Below, piece by piece: positions 33,792-42,161 of a DNA stretch of 44,719 nucleotides (positions are counted from its first letter, which is position 1; each line of letters opens with the position of its first letter). Origin of the DNA: Candidatus Bathyarchaeia archaeon (GTDB lineage: Bacteria; Chloroflexota; Limnocylindria; P2-11E); NCBI GenBank assembly GCA_035637615.1, contig DASPWX010000001.1, positions 1 to 44,719 of the forward strand, read 5' to 3'. A program made the position numbers and the translations under genes. The notes below the pieces were generated by a model. That model did not search any database, was not told the origin of the DNA, and saw only the letters and a list, made by a program, of their open reading frames with translations.

Positions 33792-34384
33792 TCTTGCCGA
33801 TCCAGCGGCCGCTCACCCCGAGGCAGCGCGTGATTCTCCGAAGCGTCGCTCGTGGGAAGACCAACAAGGACATCGCGGCCGAGCTCGGCATCTCCGAGCA
33901 GGGGGTTAAGGTCCACATCTCCCGGCTGCTCGAGCGCTACGGCGCCGAGAATCGGGTCGAGCTCATTGGCCTGACGCGCTCATGGCCGGACCCGGACGAG
34001 CCCTCCGACGGCGATCTGTCGCGTGACCTCGACGGAATCCGTGCGGGCCTCAACAAAAGCTACGACGAGGCCACCGCGGTCGCGGAGATGCATGGCGGCA
34101 ACGGGCACTCCGTCGCCACCGCCGCGATCGACAGGACCAACGGACACCTACGAACAGTCAGGACGAACCTCGCGACTGAAGTTCGCTCGCTTCGCGAAGT
34201 GCTTTCCGAGATCAACGTGGCCCTCAAGCTCGCGCGGGAGCTGCCCGCCGATGCCGATGTCGGGCCGCTCGTGGATGCGATCCGGACACGAGTAGGTGCC
34301 GCCCTCGAGCAGAGCGCGAGGCTGGACGCCCTCGTCGACGATGGGCGCTCCGGTGATCGACGGGCGAGGCAGACCGCCCACTAG
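33776..34384 (+). CDS. LuxR/GerE-type HTH regulator with HTH at the N-terminus and a long helical C-terminal region
   Basis: LTPRQRVILRSVARGKTNKDIAAELGISEQGVKVHISRLLERYG is the canonical GerE HTH. The remaining ~130 aa are helical, charged and without a recognised domain. The start could also be TTG 33794. Confidence 0.7.
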   Translation: MHILSFLPIQRPLTPRQRVILRSVARGKTNKDIAAELGISEQGVKVHISRLLERYGAENRVELIGLTRSWPDPDEPSDGDLSRDLDGIRAGLNKSYDEATAVAEMHGGNGHSVATAAIDRTNGHLRTVRTNLATEVRSLREVLSEINVALKLARELPADADVGPLVDAIRTRVGAALEQSARLDALVDDGRSGDRRARQTAH

Positions 34385-34444
34385 CCGCCAGGAAACGCTG
34401 CCGCGGCAGCCCCGCGCGCGAGTCTCGGCATACTGGCAAACAAC

Positions 34445-35593
34445 GTGAAGGCCACTTCGCACAAGCCCGGCTTCGAGACGCTCGCCATCCATGCCGGGCA
34501 AGACCCTGAAGCCGCGACGGGTGCCGTCGTCGTCCCCATCTTCCAGACCTCGACCTTCGCGCAGGAAGCGGTGGGCAAGAACAAGGGCTACGAGTACGCG
34601 CGCACCGGCAACCCCACGCGTACGGCCCTCGAAACCTGCCTCGCGGCGCTCGAGGGCGGCCGCTGGGGCCTCGCATTCGCATCCGGGATGGCCGCCACCG
34701 ATGGGGTCGCGCATCTCCTTTCGAAGGGCGATCACGTGGTCATGACCGACGACGTTTACGGAGGGACGTACCGGCTGTTCGCGAAGCTATTCGACCGGCT
34801 GGGGATATCCCTGAGCGCGGTCGACATGCGCAAACCGGAAGCGGCGCAGCGCGCGATGCGACCGCGAACGAGGCTCGTGTGGATCGAGACTCCGTCGAAT
34901 CCGCTTCTAAAGGTGCTCGACATCGCCGCGCTCGCGGAGATCGCGCATCGGGGCAAGGCCCTGGCCGTGGTCGATAACACGTTCGCGAGCCCATATCTGC
35001 AACAGCCGCTCCGCCTCGGCGCCGACCTTGTCCTGCATTCGACGACCAAATACCTGGGCGGCCATTCGGACGTGGTCGGCGGAGGCCTCGCCGGCACCGA
35101 CGAAGAGCTGCGCGCGCGCATCGCGTTCATCCAAAATGCGGCCGGCGGCGTGCCCGGCCCATTCGACGCCTGGCTCGTGCTGCGCGGAGCCAAGACCCTC
35201 GCGGTGCGGATGGAGCGGCACTCGGCGAATGCTCAGGCCATCGCGGAGTGGCTCACCGAAAACCCGAAGGTCACGAGCGTCAACTACCCCGGCCTCGTCA
35301 CGCACCCGCAGCACGCGCTGGCGCGGCGGCAGATGCGTGCGTTCGGCGGGATGCTGTCTTTCGAGCTGCGCGGGGGAGAGGTGGCGGCGAAGCGGATGGC
35401 GGCCCGCACGAAGATCTTCGCGCTCGCCGAGTCGCTTGGCGGGGTCGAATCGCTCATCGAGATTCCCCTCGCCATGACGCATGGATCGGTCCGGGGGACC
35501 AAGCTCGCGCCGCCGGCCGGTCTCGTGCGGCTCTCGGTCGGCATCGAATCGGTCGACGATCTCATCGGAGATCTCGGGCAAGCGATCGGCTAG
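34445..35593 (+). CDS. cystathionine gamma-lyase/gamma-synthase family PLP enzyme
   Basis: GFETLAIHAGQ, YARTGNPTR, VDNTFASPYLQQP, and HSTTKYLGGHSDVVGG (PLP lysine). 382 aa. Confidence 0.88.
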   Translation: MKATSHKPGFETLAIHAGQDPEAATGAVVVPIFQTSTFAQEAVGKNKGYEYARTGNPTRTALETCLAALEGGRWGLAFASGMAATDGVAHLLSKGDHVVMTDDVYGGTYRLFAKLFDRLGISLSAVDMRKPEAAQRAMRPRTRLVWIETPSNPLLKVLDIAALAEIAHRGKALAVVDNTFASPYLQQPLRLGADLVLHSTTKYLGGHSDVVGGGLAGTDEELRARIAFIQNAAGGVPGPFDAWLVLRGAKTLAVRMERHSANAQAIAEWLTENPKVTSVNYPGLVTHPQHALARRQMRAFGGMLSFELRGGEVAAKRMAARTKIFALAESLGGVESLIEIPLAMTHGSVRGTKLAPPAGLVRLSVGIESVDDLIGDLGQAIG

Positions 35594-36108
35594 TGCCGCT
35601 GCCGCTTGCGACGGAACGGCTCGTCATCCGGCCGTACCGCGACGTGGATGCCACGGCTTTGCACGAGGTGTTCGGTTCGCCTGAGGTGATGAAGTGGACG
35701 CCGAGCCCGCCGTCGAAGGACGTGGCCGAGACCAGGGAGCGTCTCGCGAGGACGATGGCCTTCACGGCGCGTCAACCTCCGGGCATGGGGCTCTGGGCGC
35801 TCGAGCTCAAAGAGTCGGCGGAATTTCTGGGGCAAGTCGGTCTGTTCCCGGTCGAAGGAAAGGGGCCCGAGATCGAGGTCGCGTACGAGCTCGCGCCGCG
35901 CGTCTGGGGTCACGGCTATGCGACCGAGGCGGCTCGGGCGCTCGTCGATTACGGGTTCCGCGAGATGGATCTTCGGCGCGTCGTGGCACTTATCCTTCCG
36001 GACAACGCGCGCTCGCGGAACGTGGCCTCAAAGTGCGATATGACCTTGAAGGGGCCGGGTCGCTTCTACGGCCTCGACCTTCTCGTGTACGCGCGGGAGG
36101 CACCCTAG
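35593..36108 (+). CDS. GNAT family N-acetyltransferase (RimJ/RimL-like)
   Basis: TERLVIRPYRDVDATALHEVF..., EVAYELAPRVWGHGYATEAARALVDYGF. The GTG start overlaps the upstream stop (TAGTG). Confidence 0.8.
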   Translation: MPLPLATERLVIRPYRDVDATALHEVFGSPEVMKWTPSPPSKDVAETRERLARTMAFTARQPPGMGLWALELKESAEFLGQVGLFPVEGKGPEIEVAYELAPRVWGHGYATEAARALVDYGFREMDLRRVVALILPDNARSRNVASKCDMTLKGPGRFYGLDLLVYAREAP

Positions 36109-36118
36109 GCTAGTTCGC

Positions 36119-36808
36119 GTGAACGTCGCGATCGCATTCGGCGCCGGGATCCTGTCGTTCCTCTCACCCTGCGTGCTGCCGCTCGTCCCGGCGTTCCTCG
36201 TGGATATGGCCGGTGAGGCGGCCCTGGCGGGCACCCAACGAGCGCGAACTCTGGCGCATGGGCTCGCGTTCGTTCTCGGGTTTTCTACCGTATTCACGCT
36301 TCTCTGGATCGGGGTGGCTCTCGTCGGGTCCTTCGCCGGCGAGATGGTGACGTGGCTTCAGAAGATCGGCGGCCTTCTTCTCGTCGTGCTGGGGATGCAG
36401 ATGCTCGGACTCATACGGATCCCGTTCCTCGCGCGCGAGCTCGACTTGCGGCTCGAGGGCCGGACAACGGGACTCCCACGGAGCTTCTTGATCGGGCTCG
36501 CCTTCGGTGTCGGCTTCACCCCCTGCGTCGGCCCGTATCTCGGCGCGATCCTTACCCTGCTCCTGGGCCAGGATCTCGGGTCCGGCGCGGTCCTTTTAGT
36601 CGCGTACGCGTTGGGGCTCGGCGTACCGTTTCTGTTGCTCGCCGGTGGGCTGGGCGGCGCTCGGCGCATTGCCGGCTGGCTCGCCGCGCATATCCGGGTC
36701 GTCAATCTGGCCGGCGGTACGCTCGTCATTGCGATGGGCCTGGTGCTCGTGTCTGGGCAGTTCGCGCGGCTGCCTCAGCTCTTCAACTTCCTGCCCCTCG
36801 TCGGATGA
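36119..36808 (+). CDS. ccdA: cytochrome c biogenesis thiol-disulfide transporter CcdA (DsbD family)
   Basis: FLSPCVLPLVPAF and FTPCVGPYLGAIL are the two conserved Cys motifs. About 6 TM segments. Confidence 0.88.
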   Translation: MNVAIAFGAGILSFLSPCVLPLVPAFLVDMAGEAALAGTQRARTLAHGLAFVLGFSTVFTLLWIGVALVGSFAGEMVTWLQKIGGLLLVVLGMQMLGLIRIPFLARELDLRLEGRTTGLPRSFLIGLAFGVGFTPCVGPYLGAILTLLLGQDLGSGAVLLVAYALGLGVPFLLLAGGLGGARRIAGWLAAHIRVVNLAGGTLVIAMGLVLVSGQFARLPQLFNFLPLVG

Positions 36809-37407
36809 ACGTGGCGAGCCCACCGGAGACCGAACGCGAGCCGACCGCGCTACCGCGATGGATCGCCGCGATCATCATCGGCGCGATCGCGGTGGCCTCG
36901 ATGGCCGCGCTCCTCTGGCCAGTCTTGAACCGGCCGGCCGCTGCGACCGATGCGGGGGTCATCCGTGCCCAGATCGAAGCCGACGGCGCCGCAGGCCGGA
37001 TTGGGGCGCCCGCCCCCGATTTCGAGTGGACGGATCTGGACGGCAGGACGCTTCGGCTGTCCTCATACCGCGGCAAAGTCGTCGTCGTGAACTTCTGGGC
37101 GACGTGGTGCCCCCCGTGCCGCGAGGAGATGCCGGCCCTGCAGCGTGTGGCCGCCAGCGAGCCGGACGTCGTCGTCTTGGAGGTCGATCTGATGGAGCCC
37201 GCCGACAAGGCGCGGTCCTTCCTCGACTCGCTCGGTCTCGATCGCCTGCAGCCGGTCCTCGACAGCGATGGCGCGACGACCCGCCGCTTCGGCGTGCTGA
37301 GCCTCCCGAGCACGTTTTTCGTGGACAAGAGCGGCGTGATCCGCCATCTCGAGCTCACCGCGATGAGCGAGGCGCAAATCCGCACGGGGGTCCAGAAAGC
37401 GCGCTGA
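36805..37407 (+). CDS. TlpA/ResA-family membrane-anchored thiol-disulfide oxidoreductase
   Basis: TM anchor, APAPDFEWTDLDGRTLRLSSYRGKVVVVNFWATWCPPCREEMP. ATGA overlap with ccdA. Confidence 0.88.
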   Translation: MNVASPPETEREPTALPRWIAAIIIGAIAVASMAALLWPVLNRPAAATDAGVIRAQIEADGAAGRIGAPAPDFEWTDLDGRTLRLSSYRGKVVVVNFWATWCPPCREEMPALQRVAASEPDVVVLEVDLMEPADKARSFLDSLGLDRLQPVLDSDGATTRRFGVLSLPSTFFVDKSGVIRHLELTAMSEAQIRTGVQKAR

Positions 37408-37505
37408 GTGTCTCCAGGGGCACAGACCGTTCATGTCGTGCGTGGTCGTTGTGCTCAAGAGCGAGGCGCAGGCTCCCCCCAATGACCTGGGAGGAGGACA
37501 CGCTC

Positions 37506-37682
37506 GTGGAACGTCTTCGTCAGCTCTTCCGTCTGCGAAACAACACTCCGACAAGCAGCGAGGCTCAGCGCCGGCGCAGCAACCGGATGCGTTACTTCCT
37601 GACCGTGTTCGGCTCGCAGCACTGGGCCGAGCGCGTCGAGGGCCGTCGCATCCCGGCCCGTCGCGGCAACATCGCGCTCTAG
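37506..37682 (+). CDS. small Arg-rich hypothetical protein (58 aa; 66 aa if ATG 37482 is used)
   Basis: GGAGGAGG (37490-37497) lies 8 nt before GTG 37506. Sequence: VERLRQLFRLRNNTPTSSEAQRRRSNRMRYFLTVFGSQHWAERVEGRRIPARRGNIAL. No family recognised. Confidence 0.35.
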   Translation: MERLRQLFRLRNNTPTSSEAQRRRSNRMRYFLTVFGSQHWAERVEGRRIPARRGNIAL

Positions 37683-37732
37683 AACCGGCACCTAGAATCG
37701 CCCTCGCTGAAAACGATCGGGGAGGGAACGTC

Positions 37733-38128
37733 ATGTCGGTAGAGCTCACGATCAAGCTGCCAAACCGCGCAGGTCAGCTCGGGGCGCTCGCGGGCGCGCT
37801 CGGCGACGCCGGGGTCAGCATGCGAAGCATCGCCGCGACGACCGGCGGCGGAGCCGGGACGGTTTACATCGTCGTCGACGACAAGGACGCCGCGAGGGCG
37901 CGACGCGCGATCAAAGCGAAGAAGTACCGGATCTCGGGCGACCGCAAGATCGTCGAAGTCAGGCTCGCGAACAAACCGGGCACGCTCGCGCGCGCCGCGA
38001 GTCGCCTCGGCAAGAACAAGGTCAACATCGAGTCTGCGTACATGCTCGGCTCGTCGAGGAAGAGCACGACGCTCGGGCTCGGCGTGAAAGACGCCCGCGC
38101 CGCGAAGAAGGCACTCGGCCGCCGCTGA
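37733..38128 (+). CDS. tandem ACT-domain protein
   Basis: GGAGGG precedes ATG 37733. Two ACT-like units: LTIKLPNRAGQLGALAGALGDAGVSMRSI and VEVRLANKPGTLARAASRLGKNKVNIES. Confidence 0.7.
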   Translation: MSVELTIKLPNRAGQLGALAGALGDAGVSMRSIAATTGGGAGTVYIVVDDKDAARARRAIKAKKYRISGDRKIVEVRLANKPGTLARAASRLGKNKVNIESAYMLGSSRKSTTLGLGVKDARAAKKALGRR

Positions 38129-38133
38129 TCCTC

Positions 38134-38155
38134 GGCTGGTACTCCGGTACCGGCC
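38134..38155 (+). terminator. short hairpin after the ACT gene
   Basis: GGCTGGTAC-TCCG-GTACCGGCC (9 bp including one G-U). There is no T-tract, so it is only a weak terminator candidate. Confidence 0.3.
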
Positions 38156-38224
38156 AGACGGACCATCGCCAAGACGAAGCACCGAGGCGAGCCTCACCCC
38201 ATCCACGAGGGAGGTTCGATATCG

Positions 38225-38389
38225 GTGCTTCGTCGTTTTTGCTCCGCGAGCGAGGGACTCGCCACGATCGAGTACATCATCGGGGCCGCGGTCGTGCTCG
38301 GAACGCTTGTGATCGGCGTGACCGCGTGGAACAACGGGCTGGTCGCCCGTCTTCAGGCTCTCGTCAGCCAGATGCAGGCGGTGCGCTGA
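38225..38389 (+). CDS. flp: Flp-family type IVb pilin precursor
   Basis: My own translation: VLRRFCSASEGLATIEYIIGAAVVLGTLVIGVTAWNNGLVARLQALVSQMQAVR. It has the G/xxxxEY processing motif plus a hydrophobic helix. GGGAGG precedes GTG 38225. It is too short for the ORF track. Confidence 0.8.
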   Translation: MLRRFCSASEGLATIEYIIGAAVVLGTLVIGVTAWNNGLVARLQALVSQMQAVR

Positions 38390-38781
38390 CGCGGTCCGCA
38401 CATGACGACCGAGGCCTCGCCACACTCGAGACGACGTTCGCCATCACGATCCTCGTGCCGCTTCTCTTCTCGATCCTCGAGTTCGGATCGGCGCTCGAGC
38501 GATGGCTGGCGCAGGACGCCGCGACCGTTCAAGCCGCGCGCTACGCCGGTGAGCTCGGCGGCGACGCTCCCGAGCTCCGCACCTTCCTCGCCGAGCAGCT
38601 GCGCCTTGCCGGAATCGACCCGGATCGGGTGAGTGTGGACGTGGCTCCGTCGCGCGTGGGATGGCGAGAGCCCGTCCGCGTGTCGCTCTCGTCGGCCTAT
38701 CCGGTGAGCATTCCGTTCCTCTTCTCGACGACCGTGCCGCTTCGCTCGAGCGCGATCTCGCGTGGCGAAGTGAACAGATGA
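38386..38781 (+). CDS. tadE: TadE-like pseudopilin
   Basis: RGLATLETTFAITILVPLLFSILEF is a TadE N-terminal motif. The only nearby in-frame start is CTG 38386, which overlaps the flp stop (CTGA). The alternative GTG 38326 overlaps flp by 64 nt. Confidence 0.65.
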   Translation: MTRSAHDDRGLATLETTFAITILVPLLFSILEFGSALERWLAQDAATVQAARYAGELGGDAPELRTFLAEQLRLAGIDPDRVSVDVAPSRVGWREPVRVSLSSAYPVSIPFLFSTTVPLRSSAISRGEVNR

Positions 38782-39263
38782 GGTGGGCTCAAGACGATCG
38801 CGGAACCGCGCTCGTCCTCACCCTCGTACTCGCCCCACTCCTGCTCGTAGCTCTCGCCGGCGTTCTGCAGCTGGGTGCGTTGCGCGTGGCGGGCGCCCGC
38901 GTCCGCGCCGCGGCAGATCTCGCGACCCTCGTGGCCGTCAATGACCAGGACGATGTCGAGCTCGCTCGATCCGGCGCGTTGCGTTTGGCGGCGGACGCAG
39001 CCGACGTGGCGCGCGAGTACTTCGCGCGCGAGCTCGAGCTCTCGGCACCGCTCCTGGATGGAGCGGCCGAGGACATCGCGGCGGCCGCGGACGTGGCGGC
39101 ATACCCATCTGCTCCGGCCGTCGACGCACGAACTGGCGCGCGGTACGACCGCCCAACCGTGCGCATCGCGGCGGACGTGCCGGTGCGGACGCCCATCTTC
39201 GGCGCGCTCGTGCTGCGCCCGGTGACGATGCTCCACGTCATCGCCGTGAGCTCGCCGCGATGA
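38778..39263 (+). CDS. TadE/TadG-like (pfam Tad-type) pilus assembly protein
   Basis: DDRGTALVLTLVLAPLLLVALAGVLQLGALRVAGARVRAAADLATLVA. ATGA overlap with tadE. Confidence 0.6.
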   Translation: MRWAQDDRGTALVLTLVLAPLLLVALAGVLQLGALRVAGARVRAAADLATLVAVNDQDDVELARSGALRLAADAADVAREYFARELELSAPLLDGAAEDIAAAADVAAYPSAPAVDARTGARYDRPTVRIAADVPVRTPIFGALVLRPVTMLHVIAVSSPR

Positions 39264-40186
39264 AGCGCCAGAGCGCCGCGGCCACGCTCGCGCTTCTACT
39301 CCTCACGTCGTCGCCGGCTCTCGCCCGGGATCCTTTCCGCGAGCGGCCTGAGCCGCCGACCCCGCCCTCGCGGGAGCCGGATCCGGCGCCATTCGTCGCG
39401 CCGCCGCCGGGCATCTACTACGTGACAGACACGTACGTAGCCGACGCGGTGACCTCGAGCGGACCGTTGACGACGTATTCGACGACCACGGTGCACGAAT
39501 CGACGGGAAGCTACGCGCGCGTGCTGGACACCGTCAGTACGGGTGCCTCGAGCGCCTTCGACGGCAGTGCGTTCAATGGTCGGCGCACGCTTGGCGATGG
39601 TCGATCGGTGGCCGGCACGTATTACCAGAACTACGTGCTGATCGGCGGCGGATTCGTCCCCGTCAGCGTCGTGTTCTTTCAGGACGATGCCGAGCTTGCG
39701 CGTCTACGGGCCGCTGCGACACCGTCGCCGGCCGTGGGCACGCAACCTCGCTCGACGCCGCCGCCGACGGCACGCTCGACAACGCCGGCGTGCTGCCCGG
39801 CCGCGCGCTCGGTCGCGACGCCGGCGCCCACGCCGGCGCCGGCCAGACCGATCCGGCCTGGCTTGTCGCTCCTTCCGGTGAGCGCGCCGCTCTCGAGCCT
39901 CGAGGTGCTGCGCGGGCGCGCCGTCGCGTTGTGGCCGCGCGCATTCGTGGACGACCGCGAGATCCCGGTTCTCTCATGGACTCTCATCGCGGGCGACGCG
40001 GGCGAAGCCCTCGCGATAGCGGCCTCAGGCGGCGCTCCGTTCCGGACCTCATGGCCTCGCCTCGCTCCGCCCGGCGCGACCTACGACCTCGTGTTCCGCA
40101 TTGAGGTCGATACACCCGAGACCGGACACCGCGCGGCCGAGGCGAGGATCAGCGTGATCGTCCGCTCGCCTGCTCTCGAGAATTGA
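39260..40186 (+). CDS. secreted Pro-rich hypothetical protein embedded in the tad operon
   Basis: Signal peptide MKRQSAAATLALLLLTSSPALA, Pro-rich linkers, and two globular-looking segments. ATGA overlap upstream and TTGA overlap downstream. Confidence 0.55.
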   Translation: MKRQSAAATLALLLLTSSPALARDPFRERPEPPTPPSREPDPAPFVAPPPGIYYVTDTYVADAVTSSGPLTTYSTTTVHESTGSYARVLDTVSTGASSAFDGSAFNGRRTLGDGRSVAGTYYQNYVLIGGGFVPVSVVFFQDDAELARLRAAATPSPAVGTQPRSTPPPTARSTTPACCPAARSVATPAPTPAPARPIRPGLSLLPVSAPLSSLEVLRGRAVALWPRAFVDDREIPVLSWTLIAGDAGEALAIAASGGAPFRTSWPRLAPPGATYDLVFRIEVDTPETGHRAAEARISVIVRSPALEN

Positions 40187-40833
40187 TCGGCCAGCGCGCG
40201 CTCATCGCTCTGGCCCTCGTCGCGGGGGCACTCGCCGGAATCCTCTATTACGTCAGCGCGCAACGGAGTCCGGTCGTCGTTGCCGCGCGTGACGTCGATG
40301 CCAGCCATCCGCTTGTGGCCGACGACCTTGCGATCGTCTCGATGCCGACGGACGCGATTCCACAGGGCGCGTTCGGCGAGACGACCAGGGCGGTCGGAAA
40401 GCTTCCGCGAGCGCCACTCTGGCGCGGCCAGATTCTCCTCGGATCGGCGATCTCCGACGAGGCCGCGTCGTTTCACACGGGTCTCGCGCTGCCGATCGGC
40501 ATGCGCGCGGTCGCGCTCCCCATCGCGAACCCAGCGCAGGTGGTGGGCGGCGCGATCGTCCCCGGCGCGCGCGTCGACGTCATCGCGGTACCTGTTGCGG
40601 GACGCGCCCCCGGTGGGCGGACCACCGAGCTTCTACTCCAGTACGCGATGGTGCTCGATGTCCGATCGGAAACGGGGGCGCCATTCGGTCCCGGTGCGTC
40701 GAAGCCCACGGCGGCGAGCCTGGTCGATCGGATCGGCAGCGTGGTCATCGCGATCGACCCGCTCGATGAGATCCGCTTTGCCGATCGCATCGCTACGAGC
40801 ACGTTCGTTCTGACACTCGCCGGATCGCGCTGA
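40183..40833 (+). CDS. cpaB: Flp pilus assembly protein CpaB/RcpC (SAF domain)
   Basis: N-terminal TM ALIALALVAGALAGILYYV, VVVAARDVDASHPLVADDL (SAF-like), MRAVALPI...GAIVPGARVDVIAV. Confidence 0.75.
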   Translation: MIGQRALIALALVAGALAGILYYVSAQRSPVVVAARDVDASHPLVADDLAIVSMPTDAIPQGAFGETTRAVGKLPRAPLWRGQILLGSAISDEAASFHTGLALPIGMRAVALPIANPAQVVGGAIVPGARVDVIAVPVAGRAPGGRTTELLLQYAMVLDVRSETGAPFGPGASKPTAASLVDRIGSVVIAIDPLDEIRFADRIATSTFVLTLAGSR

Positions 40834-41391
40834 GTGACGGTGCTGCGCTGCGAGCGCCTCGCGACAGGAGACGTCGATGCGGCCGTCGCATCGCTGGGCG
40901 CGGTCACTCTCGCGCGGACCCCAGTGGGGGCGTTCGTCGAGGTGGACGACCACTTGGTCGGTCGCGCACGCCGCCTCCTTGCCTTTTCCGGCGTGCGCGC
41001 TGCCGTGTGCCTCGAGACGCTCGCACCTCGTCCGGGTACCCGTGCCGCGATCGGCCGAGACCTCACACCCTTACCTCTGCCATCGCTTGCGCTCGATCTG
41101 GTCCACGTCCGGTCACTCCCCATCGGCCCGGAGACGGCTCGCCTCTTGAGCGGAGGACCACTCCGCAGGCCGAGCGCCGCCCGCCGTGCGCTCGTGCGCG
41201 ATCTGCTGGCAGGTGTCGAGGCATCGTTCGGGTGGCGACGCCGCGCATGGACGACACGCGACGTGCTGCGCACCCGGGAGGTCCGCCGGGTACTCCGACC
41301 GGTCGTCTTCGACATCGCGGCGATCGGCGCACCACCCGAACGACGGGCACTCGCACGCCAGGGACGCATCGCGCGCTGGCTCTTTGGGTGA
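40834..41391 (+). CDS. hypothetical cytoplasmic protein in the tad operon (possible detached TadZ N-terminal domain)
   Basis: Track ORF of 185 aa. GTG lies immediately after the cpaB stop. No recognisable motif. Its position directly upstream of the CpaE/TadZ-like ATPase-fold gene is the only functional hint. Confidence 0.4.
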   Translation: MTVLRCERLATGDVDAAVASLGAVTLARTPVGAFVEVDDHLVGRARRLLAFSGVRAAVCLETLAPRPGTRAAIGRDLTPLPLPSLALDLVHVRSLPIGPETARLLSGGPLRRPSAARRALVRDLLAGVEASFGWRRRAWTTRDVLRTREVRRVLRPVVFDIAAIGAPPERRALARQGRIARWLFG

Positions 41392-42161
41392 GCAGGTTGC
41401 GGGCGTTCCTCGATGCATCACCGGTCTCGCAGATAGCCCTCGCCCTGATGCGCGAGGCCACCGGTCGGACTGAACCGCTCGCCGCGATCGCACCGACCCG
41501 GCCCGCGGCGCTCCGGCGAGGGAGGCGGATCGCGTTCTGGTCACTCGCGGCGGGGGCCGGTTCCAGCACCGTTGCCGCACTGCTCGCCCATCGCTCCGCC
41601 GCGGGTGGCGAGCCGCCGCTCCTCGTCGACCTCGATCGGTGGGTTCCTTCACTCGCGCTGCGGGCGGGGCTCACCGCGGCGACCATCACGGACGCGTTGC
41701 TGCAGCCGGGGCGCGAGGTCGAGCTCGTCTCCCGGTGGTCGGCGATTCCGTTCCTTCCGGGCGCCCCTTCCCTGCACGCGAGTTTCGACGGTGATCGCAT
41801 CGTCGACCTGATCAATTCCTGCGCGGCTGGGCGCGCCACTGTCCTAGACCTCGGGTGCGGGGCAGAGTCGCTCCATCCGGCGATCCTGTCGTCGGTCGAT
41901 CGGCTTTGTCTCGTCGCCGGAACGCGGTCGGCTCAGCTCCAGGCCCTCTTCTGCGCGGCACCCCTTCTCGCTCGAGTCCCTTGCGCGGTCGGGTTGGTCG
42001 TCGTCGGCGCGGGCGAGGACGACGGTTCTCGCGTCGCGGAGCGTGTCGGCTTTCCGCTGCTCGCCGCGATCCCGTACGACGCGTACCTTGCCGACGACGC
42101 GTTCGCGGCGCGCGCTCCGACCCTGCGCGCGATCGACGCCCTGCTCCGCGCGCTCGCATGA
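41388..42161 (+). CDS. CpaE/TadZ-like ParA/MinD-fold protein with degenerate Walker A
   Basis: RRIAFWSLAAGAGSSTVAALLA occupies the deviant Walker A position but has no Lys. LLVDLD..., ATVLDLG... and LCLVAG... show a ParA-like strand pattern. GTGA overlap upstream and ATGA overlap downstream. Confidence 0.55.
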   Translation: MSRLRAFLDASPVSQIALALMREATGRTEPLAAIAPTRPAALRRGRRIAFWSLAAGAGSSTVAALLAHRSAAGGEPPLLVDLDRWVPSLALRAGLTAATITDALLQPGREVELVSRWSAIPFLPGAPSLHASFDGDRIVDLINSCAAGRATVLDLGCGAESLHPAILSSVDRLCLVAGTRSAQLQALFCAAPLLARVPCAVGLVVVGAGEDDGSRVAERVGFPLLAAIPYDAYLADDAFAARAPTLRAIDALLRALA

